64,000 nt of DNA from Azolla caroliniana (lineage: Eukaryota > Plantae > Polypodiophyta): contig JBHGNT010000010.1 of NCBI GenBank assembly GCA_043228905.1, positions 14,756,001 through 14,820,000 on the forward strand. The letters run 5' to 3'. Position 1 is the first letter of the stretch. Each line of letters starts with the position of its first letter. The notes below the pieces were generated by a model that worked only from the letters and a program-made list of their open reading frames with translations, did not search any database and was not told where the DNA came from. Shown piece after piece: positions 1 through 13,700 of the stretch. The position numbers were made by a program, and so were the translations under genes.

Positions 1-160
1 TTAAGTTCCTCATCTCCTTGCTCCCAACTTCCCGAGTTTCTAGCCTCATCACGTTGAGTTCCACGTTGAGTTCCACGTTGAGTTCCACGTTTGTAACCTT
101 ATCGGTCGTAGCCTCGTCATTCGTGCTCCGTCGTAGTCTAGGGTTGGTGTGTCCGTGACA
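1..160. mobile_element. Probable right end of an LTR, cut by the window edge
   Basis: GC-richer stretch with a 12-bp tandem repeat (cacgttgagttc, about 3.5 copies, 50-91) ending in ...gtccgtgaCA at 160, then an abrupt change to AT-rich sequence. Confidence 0.35.
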
Positions 161-979
161 GTTCATCTACCAACTCACTATGCATTTCCTTTTTAGTCTC
201 AATCGGCATTTGTTTTGCACCATAAACGGTAGTGGATGGCATATGATGCAAATACTGGCAACTGTTTTTTGGCTCCCATTGTGGGGAAGATGAATATTGC
301 TTTGCATGCAACAACATACAACCACTTATATCATTTTCTTTATCAAGAATACGTGATTGAAACTAATATTGTTTAATTGGGCTAACACTTTCCCATTCCC
401 CTCCCCGCCATCTGCTATGTATCTCTTAAAGTCATATATCTCCTTTAAGTGTGTTGCATTAACTTGAAGCTTGTCAATAGATTTTGTTTCTAAGTGTGTT
501 GCATTAACTTGAACATTTCTTCTTTCTTTTGGTTGGAGTTCTATCTCTTAGACATTGTGTGTTAGGGTTGGATCATTGTTTACCTATTCATTGAAAAAGG
601 GGAGAGAGTAGTTGTCAATCACTCTACAAAACTACCAATAGTCATTTATTATGATCTTAGAGAGATCTTCCTTTCATAACTACAAATCTAATTAGTGTGA
701 AAATGTGGGTCAATCATTTAACCAAGCAAGTTAACAATATGACAAAGCATACACAAATGAAAAAAACATGTTTCAATTAGTTAAGATACGCTACAATCGC
801 ATATAAGAGTATTATCACAAGGCTTAGAGTTAAGCATTTAACATCAATCTCATGAAAAATCGACAAAGAGAGCAAGGGAGAAAAGCTCTAGTGTAAGTCT
901 TAAGAACGATGAAGAAGACGAAAAAAGGCACAAATTTGAGTTTTATAGTCTTTTACAACATAGTAAAATCTAGGCATAC

Positions 980-1760
980 TAAAATCTGATGCAATGCATT
1001 GGATTTCAGTTCAAAGTCCAATATTTTTTGTTTTTTTATTTTTCCCATAAACAATTTAAATAAATAACTTGGATTTTCAATTGAAATCTGATGAATTGCA
1101 TCGGATTCTAGATGTATAGAATAAAATAAATAAAGGAAATTGGTAAATTCACAGTTTTTTTTAGTATTTTCACAATTTTTTTTTTGAAATTGGTAAATTC
1201 ACAGTTTTTTTGGTATTTTCAGAGTTCTTTTGGAGAATAATGACAAATCTGATAGTGATGATGGATGGATGGATGGGGCATAACATGTACAGGTACTGGA
1301 ATTTAGATGTCACAGGCACTGCGTGGATGTAGAGAATCATAGGCAGAGAGAGGTGGAAGACAGACTAAGTCTCCTCGTCCAGACATGCGCAGAGGCAGAG
1401 AGACATTATGAAATAAACATGTGACATGTCTATATGTATACAGAAATGGGATATATACAGAAAAAACTGTGAATTTACCAATTTCCTAAATAAATCTTGG
1501 ATTTCAACTGAAATCCGATGCACTGCATCGGATTTTACTCTATACATCTAGAATCCAATGTATAGAATCCAATGTAGTGCATCAGATTTTAGTTGAAAAT
1601 CCAAGATTTTTTTTCCATAAAAAAAATCCCAAAAATAATTTAAAACAAATCTTGGATTTTCAACTGAATTTTGATGCAATGCAACAGATTTCAATTGAAA
1701 ATCCAAGATTTTCTTTTTTTAATTTTTGGAATGTCATGCACTACATTGGATTTTCGGTGT
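980..1760. repeat. Foldback/MITE-like element made of palindromic units with nested inverted arms
   Basis: Inverted arms 1099-1127/1532-1560 (27 of 29 match) and 1135-1160/1461-1486 (26 of 26). Repeated palindromic unit aaatccgatgca-c-tgcatcggattt (1511-1535) with degenerate copies across the interval. Confidence 0.6.
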
Positions 1761-1939
1761 ATACAACAAAATCCTAAGAAAAACGAAAAAGCATCTTTAT
1801 GGAATCTTTTAGAATCTAAGGATTTTGGCAGAATAAATGGTACCTTGAAGGTTTCTCTCACATAATTAAATATCGTAAACAGAAAGTTTATAATCAAATC
1901 TCATAAACAGAAAGTGAAGAAGAAATAATGCACCGAGCA

Positions 1940-2388
1940 TGTCTACTCTCACATTGGATAGTATTTACATACTAGTGTATGACTTCTCTTTGACCAAAAC
2001 AGGCCACAATCAAGATACTAAAAGAGAAGATCCCAAATGTGGCTCCAGATACAACACAAAGACAAACAAGGCTGAATTTTAGAAAATGGTATTGTACTAC
2101 ACCGATGGCCATAACAAATGGAATGGATATATGATGGCAATGTGTAGTACCCAAATGGTTATTCCCCCCTCCCACTAGTTAAAAGTGGGGTGTGAACAAG
2201 ATGTAATGTGGGATATTGAATGCACGTGATGTATAGGAAAGGATGGCTAGAGACACGGGTGAAAGTGTTAGATAAATAAGTGAGATCATTTATGAAGGAT
2301 TGGATAGTCTAGGCAAGGCCTACCTGAGAAAGGGATTGAAGTTGTGTATATTTTAACTAATGTAGTATATTCTTCTTTTGGAAAAAAA
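1940..2388 (+). mobile_element. 3' fragment of an L1-type LINE
   Basis: Encodes WQCVVPKWLFPP (about 2135-2170), matching WNYQPPRWLF at the C-terminus of the large LINE. Ends taactaatg...ttttggaaaaaaa, like the large LINE's 3' end. Confidence 0.55.
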
Positions 2389-3189
2389 GAAGAAGCATGA
2401 CTCATAACCACGGTGAGGTTGGATTGCAATTGGGTGAAGACAATGCATTAGTTGCCACTAATGATGACGATGAGACCTCACAAACTCTTACTAATTCATT
2501 TGATGGGTTTGAAGATGATGGCATAGATTTCGAAAACAATAGTTCTGATACATGAATTGTAAATATTGTATTGTACATCAAAATCTAGATTCACAAATTT
2601 CTATAAATATAGGTGGTTGTCATTTTGGACATTTATTTGTATGTTTGGCATGTCCATTATGTAGGCATTTTTTTGAACACCTAAATTTTCGTTGAACCCG
2701 ATATACATATTCATTGAACCTAACCACATTATACATTGTCATGTCAACTACATAAGACTTTCCCTCCCACATAATGACTGCACCGATGTCGATCAAGAAG
2801 GGAATGTCCCCAACTTCATCAACAATGCCACCATCAAAGCAATCTTCCTTAGTCACATCCTTAGTGTTTCTACTACACTTTCACATGCATGTGCTTATTT
2901 TTGCGACATCTTCGAACAATTGAGTTTGATATCCCTGTTACCCTTTGGGGCAAGTGTGACAAGTGTGAAACATATCAAAAGGAGTTGAGCACTAACAGAG
3001 GAAGCCGAATATCAAGGAAGGAATCGGTGGAAAGCACCGAGCAGAAGGGAGCTATATATATCGGGGATTAGCGAACACAGAGAGGAGCGTGGAGGGATCT
3101 AGAGGACTAAGGATAGGAATAGAAAATCTGAGAGAGAGTGAGTGTAACCGAGAGTACTCGGTGCTTGTATCTGCATATTACACTTTAAA

Positions 3190-3751
3190 CAAATATGTAG
3201 GCATTTTGTGGGTAACTTCTGTGTTCTGTTTTTGCAACGCCAATGTATCATGACATGGGACAAATGTGGAGGCTCACGCTTCACACATTATACTACACAT
3301 GTTGCACCTAACTACAAAACCATATTCTTTGCGGAACGGGGAAATCGTACACATCCATACATGTTAGAGCCCATACCGTTATCTACCATTCGAACCATTG
3401 CTTCCATGCAACTTAGCTCACATGCATTGCGATGTGAAACAGGGTGTTGGGGTACAAGTGATGAGAGTGGTCGGTTATGCACACTTTGCCCTAAACAAGT
3501 TCGCGAGTCTGAGTATCACACTTTGATACAATGCTCTGCCTTTGATCATATTCGACCATGCTTTCCACATCTCTTCAATCGAGCCCAATCTTTGCATGAA
3601 TTCCTCTCACAACCACAATGTGCACTCTCGATTACAACATTCATTGGTAAAGTTCTTGAACATCGAGAGTCACTACTCACTTTCACACGTATCACGTGAA
3701 ATGTAATATTTTTTGTCTCATAGGTCATATTTGACCTCCGAAGACGATAAT

Positions 3752-3755
<4 letters not shown>
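3190..3755 (+). mobile_element. 3' end of an RTE/L2-like non-LTR retrotransposon (post-RT C-terminal domain)
   Basis: ORF 3208-3699 has the LINE C-terminal signature LSSHALRCETGCW...RLCTLC...ESEYHTLIQC and runs into a (TC)n(TA)n tail. Confidence 0.7.

Positions 3756-3848
<93 letters not shown>
3756..3848. repeat. Compound (TC)n-(TA)n microsatellite
   Basis: Directly visible. Confidence 0.95.
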
Positions 3849-4458
3849 AGTTTGGTGTGTGTAAGGAGCGTATCCAAGAATCTGTTGTAGCTGATTCCGC
3901 AGCCTATCCTTTGTATTTTCCCCGGTCGTAAATCCCTCCCCAAGTGGGACAGTCTAAATAACAATCACGGGCCTTAGGAAGTCATATAACCGTAACGACT
4001 CGGTTGACGATCTCGGTAGGACGTCGTGACCCACTCTTCTGCACACCACAATACCTTGACCCGATTACTCAGGAGGAGTAATCAAAGTTGTTCTCCAAGA
4101 GGGAGTAACAATCCCAACGAATTTCAACTCCATAAGAGCATTGATATCGCCGATGTGTGTAAGAGGTCGTTTTTTAGAACCTAACGTTTGATTTCTCCTC
4201 TATTTCATCTGTTCTCAAATTCATAGTAAGATCTATTTTGGGAATAGCACATTTGTTCCATATTTGAAATTTTCTACTGAGTGAAGTGGATCATTATAAT
4301 AAAACAATGCATGGATTGTCCTTTTTTAAAGTCTTCTCGCACATTTGCTATTTGTGTTGATGCTAAAAAAGAAAGATGATCTCATATACACCAAGTTCAT
4401 CAATTTGTGAGCTCTTCAACTTATCGAAAGATTCCATATCAAAACACATTATATTAAG

Positions 4459-4748
4459 ATGAAAACTTGGGGGTGTGAGGTAACAAATGATTCATCTTTC
4501 CTAATAGGTCTCTAAGTCATTGTCAAGATCATTGGTTCATTATAACAAAGAATATGAAGTAAAACTTGGGGGTGTGAGGTAACAAATGATTCATCTTTCC
4601 TAATAGGTCTCTAAGTCATTTTCAAGAAATAAAGAATATGAAGTAAAACTTGGGGGTGTGAGGTAACGAATGATTCATCTTTCCTAATAGTTCTCTAAGT
4701 CATTGTCAAGATCATTGGTTCATTATAACAAAGAATATGAAGTAAAAC
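4459..4748. repeat. Tandem repeat, about 3 copies of an 85-100 bp unit
   Basis: aaaacttgggggtgtgaggtaacaaatgattcatctttcctaataggtctctaagtcatt recurs at about 4462, 4561 and 4645. Confidence 0.9.
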
Positions 4749-4933
4749 ATGGGTTATTTACAATATGTCATATTGTAACATGGTGTGAGATGTCTCCTTT
4801 CTTGATCAAGTTGGTTATGTGGAATACTAACAAGAGAAACATTGGCAATTCTGGGATTCATGAAATAATCCATCCAACATTACAAGAGAATAGATAACTT
4901 ACTTGTAGTTCATCTCACAAAAGCAACTAAAAA

Positions 4934-7900
4934 GGGTTTAGCCAGACTTCGATGCAAAGGAAGAGCAAAAAAAAGCGGCCACAACAATGGTAATTATTGT
5001 ATGCTTCCTAGGCCTACCCTTCCAACTCCACCATTTCATCCCAAAGCCCGCACACAATATAGGGATGATATGTACAATGAAACCTTCATTTGCAGATAAG
5101 GTAGCCGAAATTCCCAAGATTAAGGTGTTGGTTAGAGACATTAATGAACAACCAACTGAGATTAGAGTCCCCATGGAGGATTTTGGCCTAAGGGTGGTGA
5201 AGGTTGGTTATGAAGGCTTGCCGGGTCAATGCTTTGCATGTAAGGAGATGGACCGTATGGCCAAACAGTGCCCTCTGTATGGGAAGAAAAGAGCGGATAG
5301 GACACATCAAGGCATCAAGTTGTAGGGTAACCCAAATTTAGGAATGGGAGGCCAGATGATCCGGGTTCACAATGGGAAGCAAGTAGCAGGGGGAAAAGGA
5401 TGGCTATCTCTGAGGACAATTGCCAAGCCTGACCTCCATGGTCTTATTGGCCCACCTACAAGTGGCAGTTCCATTTTGAATAGATTAATTTTGACATCCT
5501 ATCACAAATGGAATCCCAAGAAGGAGAAATAATTTTAGCAACTCCATTCAATTTACTGCCACGAGTCGAGACCCATGAAACACTTGTAGAGCCCTCCGAG
5601 GGCCGTGGCAATAGATTTTCATCAGACCTAAGAATGGTTAAGGCATGGATCAAGAAAGGGAAGGACAAGGAAAGTCAAGCGAACATTGGGAATAGTGAAT
5701 TGCAAAAAATGGTCGCATGGATTGAGGTCGGAAATCCCTCGACTACGGGAGTTGAGTTTGTTATGTTGCAAGAATTGAGGATGCAAGTTATGCAAGTACC
5801 CAAGGTCGCGGTGAACATTGGTAATCCAAGGGGAAGAGTTCACGAGTGGAGTAGAGCACACATGGTCCTCATCAACAACAACTCAGGTAGACCGGAGACC
5901 GGTTGTTCTTTTGACTTGGAGCCTGATTTGGAAGATAAAAGGGGAGAAGACTCGTCCTTGAAGTCGTTTTGTAACAAGGCAACAATATGTTTCTGGTACC
6001 TTACATCTGAAAACGAGGTTGTGGGGCTGCAAACGTTATGGAAGAGCTCCCCGATACAAGGTGAGCTTATTGAACTTGCTCAAGATGTTCCATTGGTTTG
6101 CATATGGAAGGTACAAGATCTAGTGTTGAAGCTTGGTTTGTTCCACTTCCATTGTGATGAATTAACCAAGAATCAACAATGGAAAATAAGTATGGAGTGG
6201 GAATTTCTATGGCGTATGATGGAGACATATTTGTCGAGCATGGGAGATTCCCCCTTGGCTTTTTTCGTGAAACCAAGTTAATGAGAATTTGTTCTTGGAA
6301 TGTGCAGGGAGTTGGTGGGTCACAACATCAGCTAGAGAAGCGAATTTTTAGGAGAGAGTTGGAAGTTGTTGGCTTATGTAAGACGATTGATATTTTGCTC
6401 TTACAAGAGCATCACCTTGGACGAGAAAGAACAGAACTTTTCAAAGACTCGTTGCCAGGGGATTGGTACACATGGTGGGCTCCTCCTCACGATGTGTTAG
6501 AGAGGAGAGGTGGAGTCTATATTTCGGTGAGGAAATCACCGGATATCGCCATTTTGGATCATGGCATACTAATCGAAGGCAGGGCCATGTTCAGCTACCT
6601 AGAATGGAGGAATGTAAAATTTGGGTTGCTGAATGTCTATGCACCAAACAATAGTAGTCAAAGGAACTCATTTTGGAGTCTGCTGGCAAAAAAAATTCCC
6701 TCCTTCGACAATTGGATAGTGGCGGGGGATTTTAACATGACATAAAGAATGGGAGATTGTCTTGGGGCTCATTCGAACTTGCTACAGGGGGAGGAGCTTA
6801 GAGCATGGGGTTTCTTAATTTCTATGATGGGAATCCGGGATTCATGGTATTCTAGTATGACATTTGAGGCGAATTCCTTGAGGTTTTCACGATTTGGTTG
6901 GAAGGAGAGTGAAGGATGTCACTCTAGATTGGACCGCATCTATGTGAGCCCCGGAATAGAGGAATGGAGTAGCTACACATCCATTCTATCTGGTTTTACA
7001 TATTCGGATCACCTTCCAGTCTCCTTGATTCTCGAACCTATTTATAAGAAGAAGAGTGAGAGCAATTTGAGGATTCCTCCGAAGATTTTTGGTATCCAGA
7101 AGATTAAGGATGCAATGAATAACATTTGGTGGCATCCCCATCATTCGACGACCCGGTGCAAGTATTGGAGGAAAAGATAATTAATTCTTCTTTTGTTCTT
7201 TAGAAAGTGGCTAGGGAGGAGCGGGTAAGGTGTCAATAATGGTTGCAACGCTTGAGGAAGGCAGTCATCTCAGCTCAAAAGTTCACGCAAGTGGACCCAT
7301 GTTGAGCTTGGGCAAAAGACAGGCTGCAAGAGGCCACTAGGGTGTTGCATGAGATTAGGCAGCAACGTGAGCAATTCCTCTTCAAAAAATCGGCAGCATG
7401 GTGGGTTGTCAAGGGAGATAAAGTTAATAGGGAGTTTTTTCTTACCAAGGCCCTGAAATGGAGAGGAACGCATATTCAAAGTCTCAAACATGAGGATGAT
7501 TCGATGGCGTCTGATCAAGAGGAAATCTTGCAAATTTTGACTAATTACTACAAAGACCTTTTAGCTCCAACGTTGACAAATAGCCCTCCGAGTAACCTGA
7601 TGCATCATGTACTTGCATGCTTGAAGACCAGGATTGGAGAGGTAGCTAAAACGAAGTTGTCAAAAGCCATAGAGAAGGAAGAGATTGTAGTGGGGCTAGA
7701 CAAGGTACATAGTATGGCTTGTCCTAGTGCTGACGGCCTTCCCAAAGCCTTCTTCAAGGAGTTTTGGGAACAAATTTTTCCAATCTTGGAAGCTAGATTG
7801 CAGGAGATGTGGAGGATGGGAAGGATGACGAGCAGCTTCAATGAAGGCTTGATTTACCTTATTCCTAAATCGGAGACTGCGTTGTATGAGATTAGACAAT

Positions 7901-10761
7901 GGATGCCCATTACAATTTTAAATCTAATTTATACAAAATTTGCTAACATACTAGTGTAGAGAATCAAGCCCTTTCTAGGAGATATCATCTAGACCAATCA
8001 AACCAATTTCATGGAGCATCCATCTATTATGGACAACGTGATTTTGTTTTGGGAGGTTGTTGCAACGACGAGGGAGACCAATCAAAACTTAGCATGTCTG
8101 ATGCTCGACTTCGAGAAAGCCTATGATCGAGTGCAATGGTCTTTCCTTGAAGAAGTGATGAAGGTCATTGGGCTACCATGGGAATGGAGGTGTGTTGCCC
8201 AAGGCTTATATAGGAATGGCTCGAGTAAGGTGTTGATTGCAAGGAGGAAAGGAGCTCGAATCTCTTTAACTAGATCCATCAGACAGGGTTGTCCTCTCGC
8301 CCCTTTTCTGTTCCTCTTTATTACTGAAGCAATGTCTGCCTTTTTTAATAGTCATGGGGAAAATCTACATGGTCTTTCGATCCCTAACTCAAGGAAGTCC
8401 TTGCTGGACTCCAAGTTCGCGGACGATACAATGTTGTACCTGCAAGGCAATGAAGTGAATCTTGAGAGGGCACATAGTGCTATCGATCTCTTTTGCAAAG
8501 CATCAGGAGCCTCCATCAATTGGAATAAGTCCAAGGGTTTCTGGATTAGCTCGGAGTCAGAGCCTGTATGGAAGCCAAATGCTGAATTCAAATGGATTGT
8601 AAAAGGGGAAGCCACTAGATATCTGGGAACGTGGATTGGTGTAGATATCGACAAAGGAATTCAGTTGCAACAAAAGTAAAATTTGTGAAAAAATACGCAA
8701 CTAGTCAAGGATGAACTTGTCATTGGCTGGTAGGATCATAGTAGCTAACCATGTGCTCTTGTCTACATTATGACATGTAGTTTCAGTGTGGATGTTTGAC
8801 AAGCAAGCTATTCGTACTATTAAAGCGCGTATTAGGGGATTCCTATGGGTTGGGATCAAGAAAGACAATGTGGCGGCCAAAGTATCATGGTCTACGTTGG
8901 TTCTTCCCAAGAGTAAGGGGGGTTTAGGATTGATTAACCCAAGATTGCAGAGTCAGGCATTGCTATGTAAGGTATTGGTAAGGAGCTTGCTACGTTATGG
9001 AAAACATTGATACATAATAGGAGTCCAAGGCTTGGTGGGCAATGGAAGCGACATAAATCATGGTTTTTTTGTATGGACTTAAAGTTGAGGAAATCTAATC
9101 GGTTGGCTGATCGTACATGTATGTCAATGATGAAGGCGTGGAGTATGCTCCATGGGCATCTAAGTCGGATTCATCCAAGTACTAACATTGAATGGATGCA
9201 CCAACCCCTATTGTGGAACGAGACCTTAAAATCGTCAGAGGGAAAGATGCTTGGACAGAGCAAGTGTATGTCGTGGGCTATATTGTATTGTGTAGGGATT
9301 CATTCAGTGGCAGATTGGATGCGGTTGTCTGACAATAATCGTGATAAATTTTATGAAGACGTGGGAAAGTTCAGAAATGGCAGGAAGATGCTTGACCTTG
9401 TTAATACAGTTGTCTACTTTGTTCCTATCAGTAATGGGGAAGAGGCTGAATGGTCTAGACAATGTGATGATATGAGAAAAATTATCAATGTCAGGGGTCT
9501 AGGAAAGAATGGGAAGATCGTCCAGTTGGGATCAATAGATGAAACTGCAAGTTGGTGCCCGATTAGAATTGTGGCACGAGACGGCAAGAAATGGAAGGTG
9601 AATCCACCAGTCGGTGAGGTTGAGGAGGACTGGATCTTGTACATGGTTGAAGAGAAGCCACTCGAGTGCTTAGAATGGGATCCTTCTAAATATAAGTGGA
9701 AGGGAGAACAAGATAAATCAATAGGTTTCTTTGAATACTTGACGCGTTTGGGGAGAAAGTTATGTTGGCGTCGTGAGAAGTGTGCCAACAAATGGGCCCA
9801 TGTAGCTGTCGATTTGGTCTTCGTGGATAGAATCAGGAGCAGGATAAGGGAATCATCCCTCCCCGAGCGGATCAAAGTGTTTTTCTAGTGAATCACCCAT
9901 CGGGTTGTTCCAACGGGAGAGTGGCTTGGGAAAAGAGGTGGCATGAGTAGTTGCAAGGCCTACAGTGCGAGCTTGAGGACATCGCACATTGTTTGTGGAG
10001 CTACCCACAAGCCCAAGAAGTTTAACTGAGGAGCTTAAGAACCTGGGCTCGATTTGGGGTTGAGGTTCATGTATCGAGCGCATCAGTCACTTGGTTGGCC
10101 ACTAAATCCGCTACGTGGTTTCAAGGGTGAAATGGAAATAGTCCTTCTTTAAAGGTGATGCAAGGGACTGTACAACCGGCACAAGGAGGTTCATTCTACA
10201 TGCAGGAACGCTACGTGGACATATGGTTATTAGTGATCGGCCTTACGGTTTGGCAAGTGTGGGTATCTAGGTGCAAGGAGACTTTCTCAGGTAAACTAAC
10301 CCCACCAGCTGAGAGTTTAATGATGATCTGGTTTAATCTGATTTCTACGTTACGAGGAGAGTTTGAAAGCCTTCAAGGGCCCTCACACGCAAGTGAAGAA
10401 GCTAGAGCTCGGTTCCTTCTGAAATGGAGTGGTTCTTCGATGCTGCAGATGGTGGATGGCAAAGCGAAGTGGAATTATCAACCACCACGGTGGTTGTTCC
10501 TCCAAGTATCCCTAACATATAGATGGGTGATGAGAGTGGAGGATGTCTATGCTGAATTTGGGTTGTATGAGGCTCACGTGGAGGGTATGCGGTCGAGTAA
10601 TGCTATGCTCATCGAATAATGTGGTGTTTTGGAGTTTTTTTGTTGTTTCCGTTACACATGTTTTCTTTTCGACATGCAAGTTGGCCTATAAGATATGAGT
10701 TGTATATTATCCTATGTACATTGCCTTAACTAATGGAAGTTGTTGTTTTTTTGGAAAAAAA
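4934..10761 (+). mobile_element. Degenerate, 5'-truncated L1/Tx1-clade LINE (partial ORF1, ORF2 endonuclease-RT, short polyA)
   Basis: ORF1 fragments include a decayed zinc knuckle (CFACKEMDRMAKQC). ORF2 starts at 6281, with AP-endonuclease motifs (SWNVQG, LLQE, NVYAPN, GDFN, SRLDR, SDH) and RT motifs (LDFEKAYDRV, RQGCPLAP, KFADD, YLG). Many stops and frameshifts. A-tail 10755-10761. TSD caactaaaaa at 4924-4933 and 10762-10771. Confidence 0.95.
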
Positions 10762-13700
10762 CAACTAAAAATATAAGATCAAATGAATAGTGCATTCATT
10801 AAAAAATGGTGATGCGAGAAATACCAATAACAGTTATATAAAAGGATGTTATGAATAAATTACGTGTACAAAATTATGTGCTCAATCACAAGATTGAAAG
10901 ACTTCAAGAAGACATATTTCAAATATGATTGTGCAATCACACTTTGTAATTTAGCTTCAAGAAACACAATTCGATTATTAACGATCAAATATAGTTATGA
11001 AACATATGGTGATACTTGACTAGCACTTGGTAAATTCGGCCCATATTTAGAGTCTTATTCTGTAAAGGATGAATCATTTCATCATTGGTTCAAACCAATT
11101 TGTCCATTACTACGCATGTTTGCATGGGTCATTCATGGTTTGCCAAGAGTATGCAAATTGATAGTTTATTTTTATAAACTAGCTTTTCATAACGCTAGAG
11201 TTGAATCAAAAGCATTGCTTGCAACTTGATAGTTTGTTGTTAAAGTTTAGTTTTATAAATTATAAAAATAACATCATTTACTTTCCTTCATGATGGATTC
11301 AAATGATTTTGTCCATTACTTCATGTCTTTGCACGTCTTTTAAGTTTATGAAGAACATGGAACTTCATAGTTTCTTGTTAACATCTGGATTTACAAATTG
11401 ACATTTTACATTACAAGGGTTCAAACCAATAGCATTGGTTACAAATGGATAGTTTTCTTGTTCAAGTGTAGCTTCATGACATCAAAATTCAATAGTATTG
11501 CTTGCAACTTGAAGTTTTCTTGTTGAAGTGTAGCTTCACGACTTCAAAAAGCAATAGCAATGATTGTCTTCATCATGAGGTTAAAACAAGTAATCCAGGA
11601 TTTCACATGTTTGCATGTGTACGATTTTGAATGACAATGGAACTGAATAATTTCTGGTTAAAAAATAACTTTACAGTTTCCATTTTGACAACCAAAGGGT
11701 TGAAAGCAAGGAACCATTTACCTTGGTTAGTTAGTTCCAACAAATATAAACATAGGTTGTGTACAAAACAAAAGATGAAAACTAAGATAAAAGAAATATC
11801 AACCAACATTTGTACAATAGAGAGTTAAAACCTCTAACATTAGTGGACATACCCTGTTGTTGAGTTTTCCATCATGTGAAGCCCAATTGACTATAATGTC
11901 GTATGCTAGTACATTTTCCTTCAAGTTTATGCTACATTTCACATTTAAACACGTGCATCAATAAACAACTAATACAAGCAAAGCACTTCCTAATCTCTCA
12001 TGTTAACCTCCATTACACACTTTACCCAATCAAATGGATCTAGCTCACAAATGATCATCCAATGCATTGCCAAATCTAGTAAAAGTGGATTATAAGACTC
12101 ATTTGTAGCTTAAAACTAAAGTTCTATTTTGAAGTTTTTAACAAGATCTAGGATTCAGGTCACATCAAATGTTTTTCATTCTTTCACATTATGACAAACT
12201 AATATTATGAAAGGGATGAACTAAAAGACCACATGATATGCGTGAAAGTGTTTTGGAAGTATGCAAATTTGGAAAGATGTCAACACCCAAACTGTCAATT
12301 GATATTGGCATGCTAGTAAATTCCATGTCTGCATCTCCATATAGAAGAATGTATAAGAAGAAAGTGAAGCATGACTTCTATAAATAGGATTAACGCTAAA
12401 AGCACATGGATGATAAGAATATGTATGGGACAAATTATGACTTCATGACAAAATAAAAAACTGACGTTTAGGATAAAGTAAACATTTATTTACTTCAAAA
12501 GGAAAAAATAACGAGTTTTTTACAATTGTGATAAGAATCTCAAACCAGTTTTATATGAGCTTCTTAATATGATTTCATGATAAAAGAATTTGTGCAAGAA
12601 ATTAAACATATTATGATGTAAGAAAAAAATAATCAAACTTTCAATCAATTGAACAATATAATGAAAAGTTCAATCACATTCATAAATACTATAAATTTGA
12701 CAATGTATCAACATATAATGTGCTTCGATTAACTATGATATAGATTAATACGCATTGATCATGCCAAAGAGAAGGGATATCACTGTATCTAATTGGCATG
12801 GGCTAGCCACGATGCCTACTTTTGGACTCATGCATTCATAAACACGTAAACCTACTTTCTGTCTAGCCATGGTGCCTCGTAAAGTGAAGTATGACTTTGT
12901 AGCCAAGTTTATGTAAAATCATGTGGGTCCTAAGTAAATGGGTCAATTAAAAACATATGTTGATAATTTTGTGCTAAAGACATGTCGTCGTAGTGTAAGA
13001 TTGTGTGGGAAAACTATAAGAATCCTTATCTATCTAGAATAGAGTACACAACAATAAAATTTAGGAGAGCACGATTTTGTAACCATTGAGGGTTAAAAAT
13101 GAGCGTTAAGGTTATTGAGCATTTCATAAATATGGGTATGAAAATTCCACGGATTAACACACCTCACATGTGATCCTAATGGGATAGTTAAATATAATAG
13201 GGATATTGAAACACCACGATTCATAGTTTTGGATTATCCATACTTTAAAAACCACAAACCCACTTTGCCAATCTTAGTGAAGATATTATAAGCACGTGCA
13301 CATGCATGAATGTGTATATATTTACTATATTTGCTTACTTACAACAAATGCACAATACAATCATGCTATGATATTTAAGTGAAACATGATGTTGCAACCA
13401 ATAATCATCACTGCAAAAGCACTAGGGATGCTAAGAATATACGACAATTTTGTGTAAATTATGATTTCGTGCTTCAAACATGTATTTAAGGGTGATTGAT
13501 GTATAGATTACTAGGAATAAGATATGGATGCTTACTTCTTTTCTCATGTGGAGTATATTGTGTGAGAAATGAATAAGAATATGTTGATGTTTAAATGAAT
13601 GAAAAGCTATATTTGTATGTATGTACATATAGTTTATCCCCAACAATTTGGTGAAGCATGACTTCTTAACCAATAAGGATTATTCTAAGACAAGGCATAG

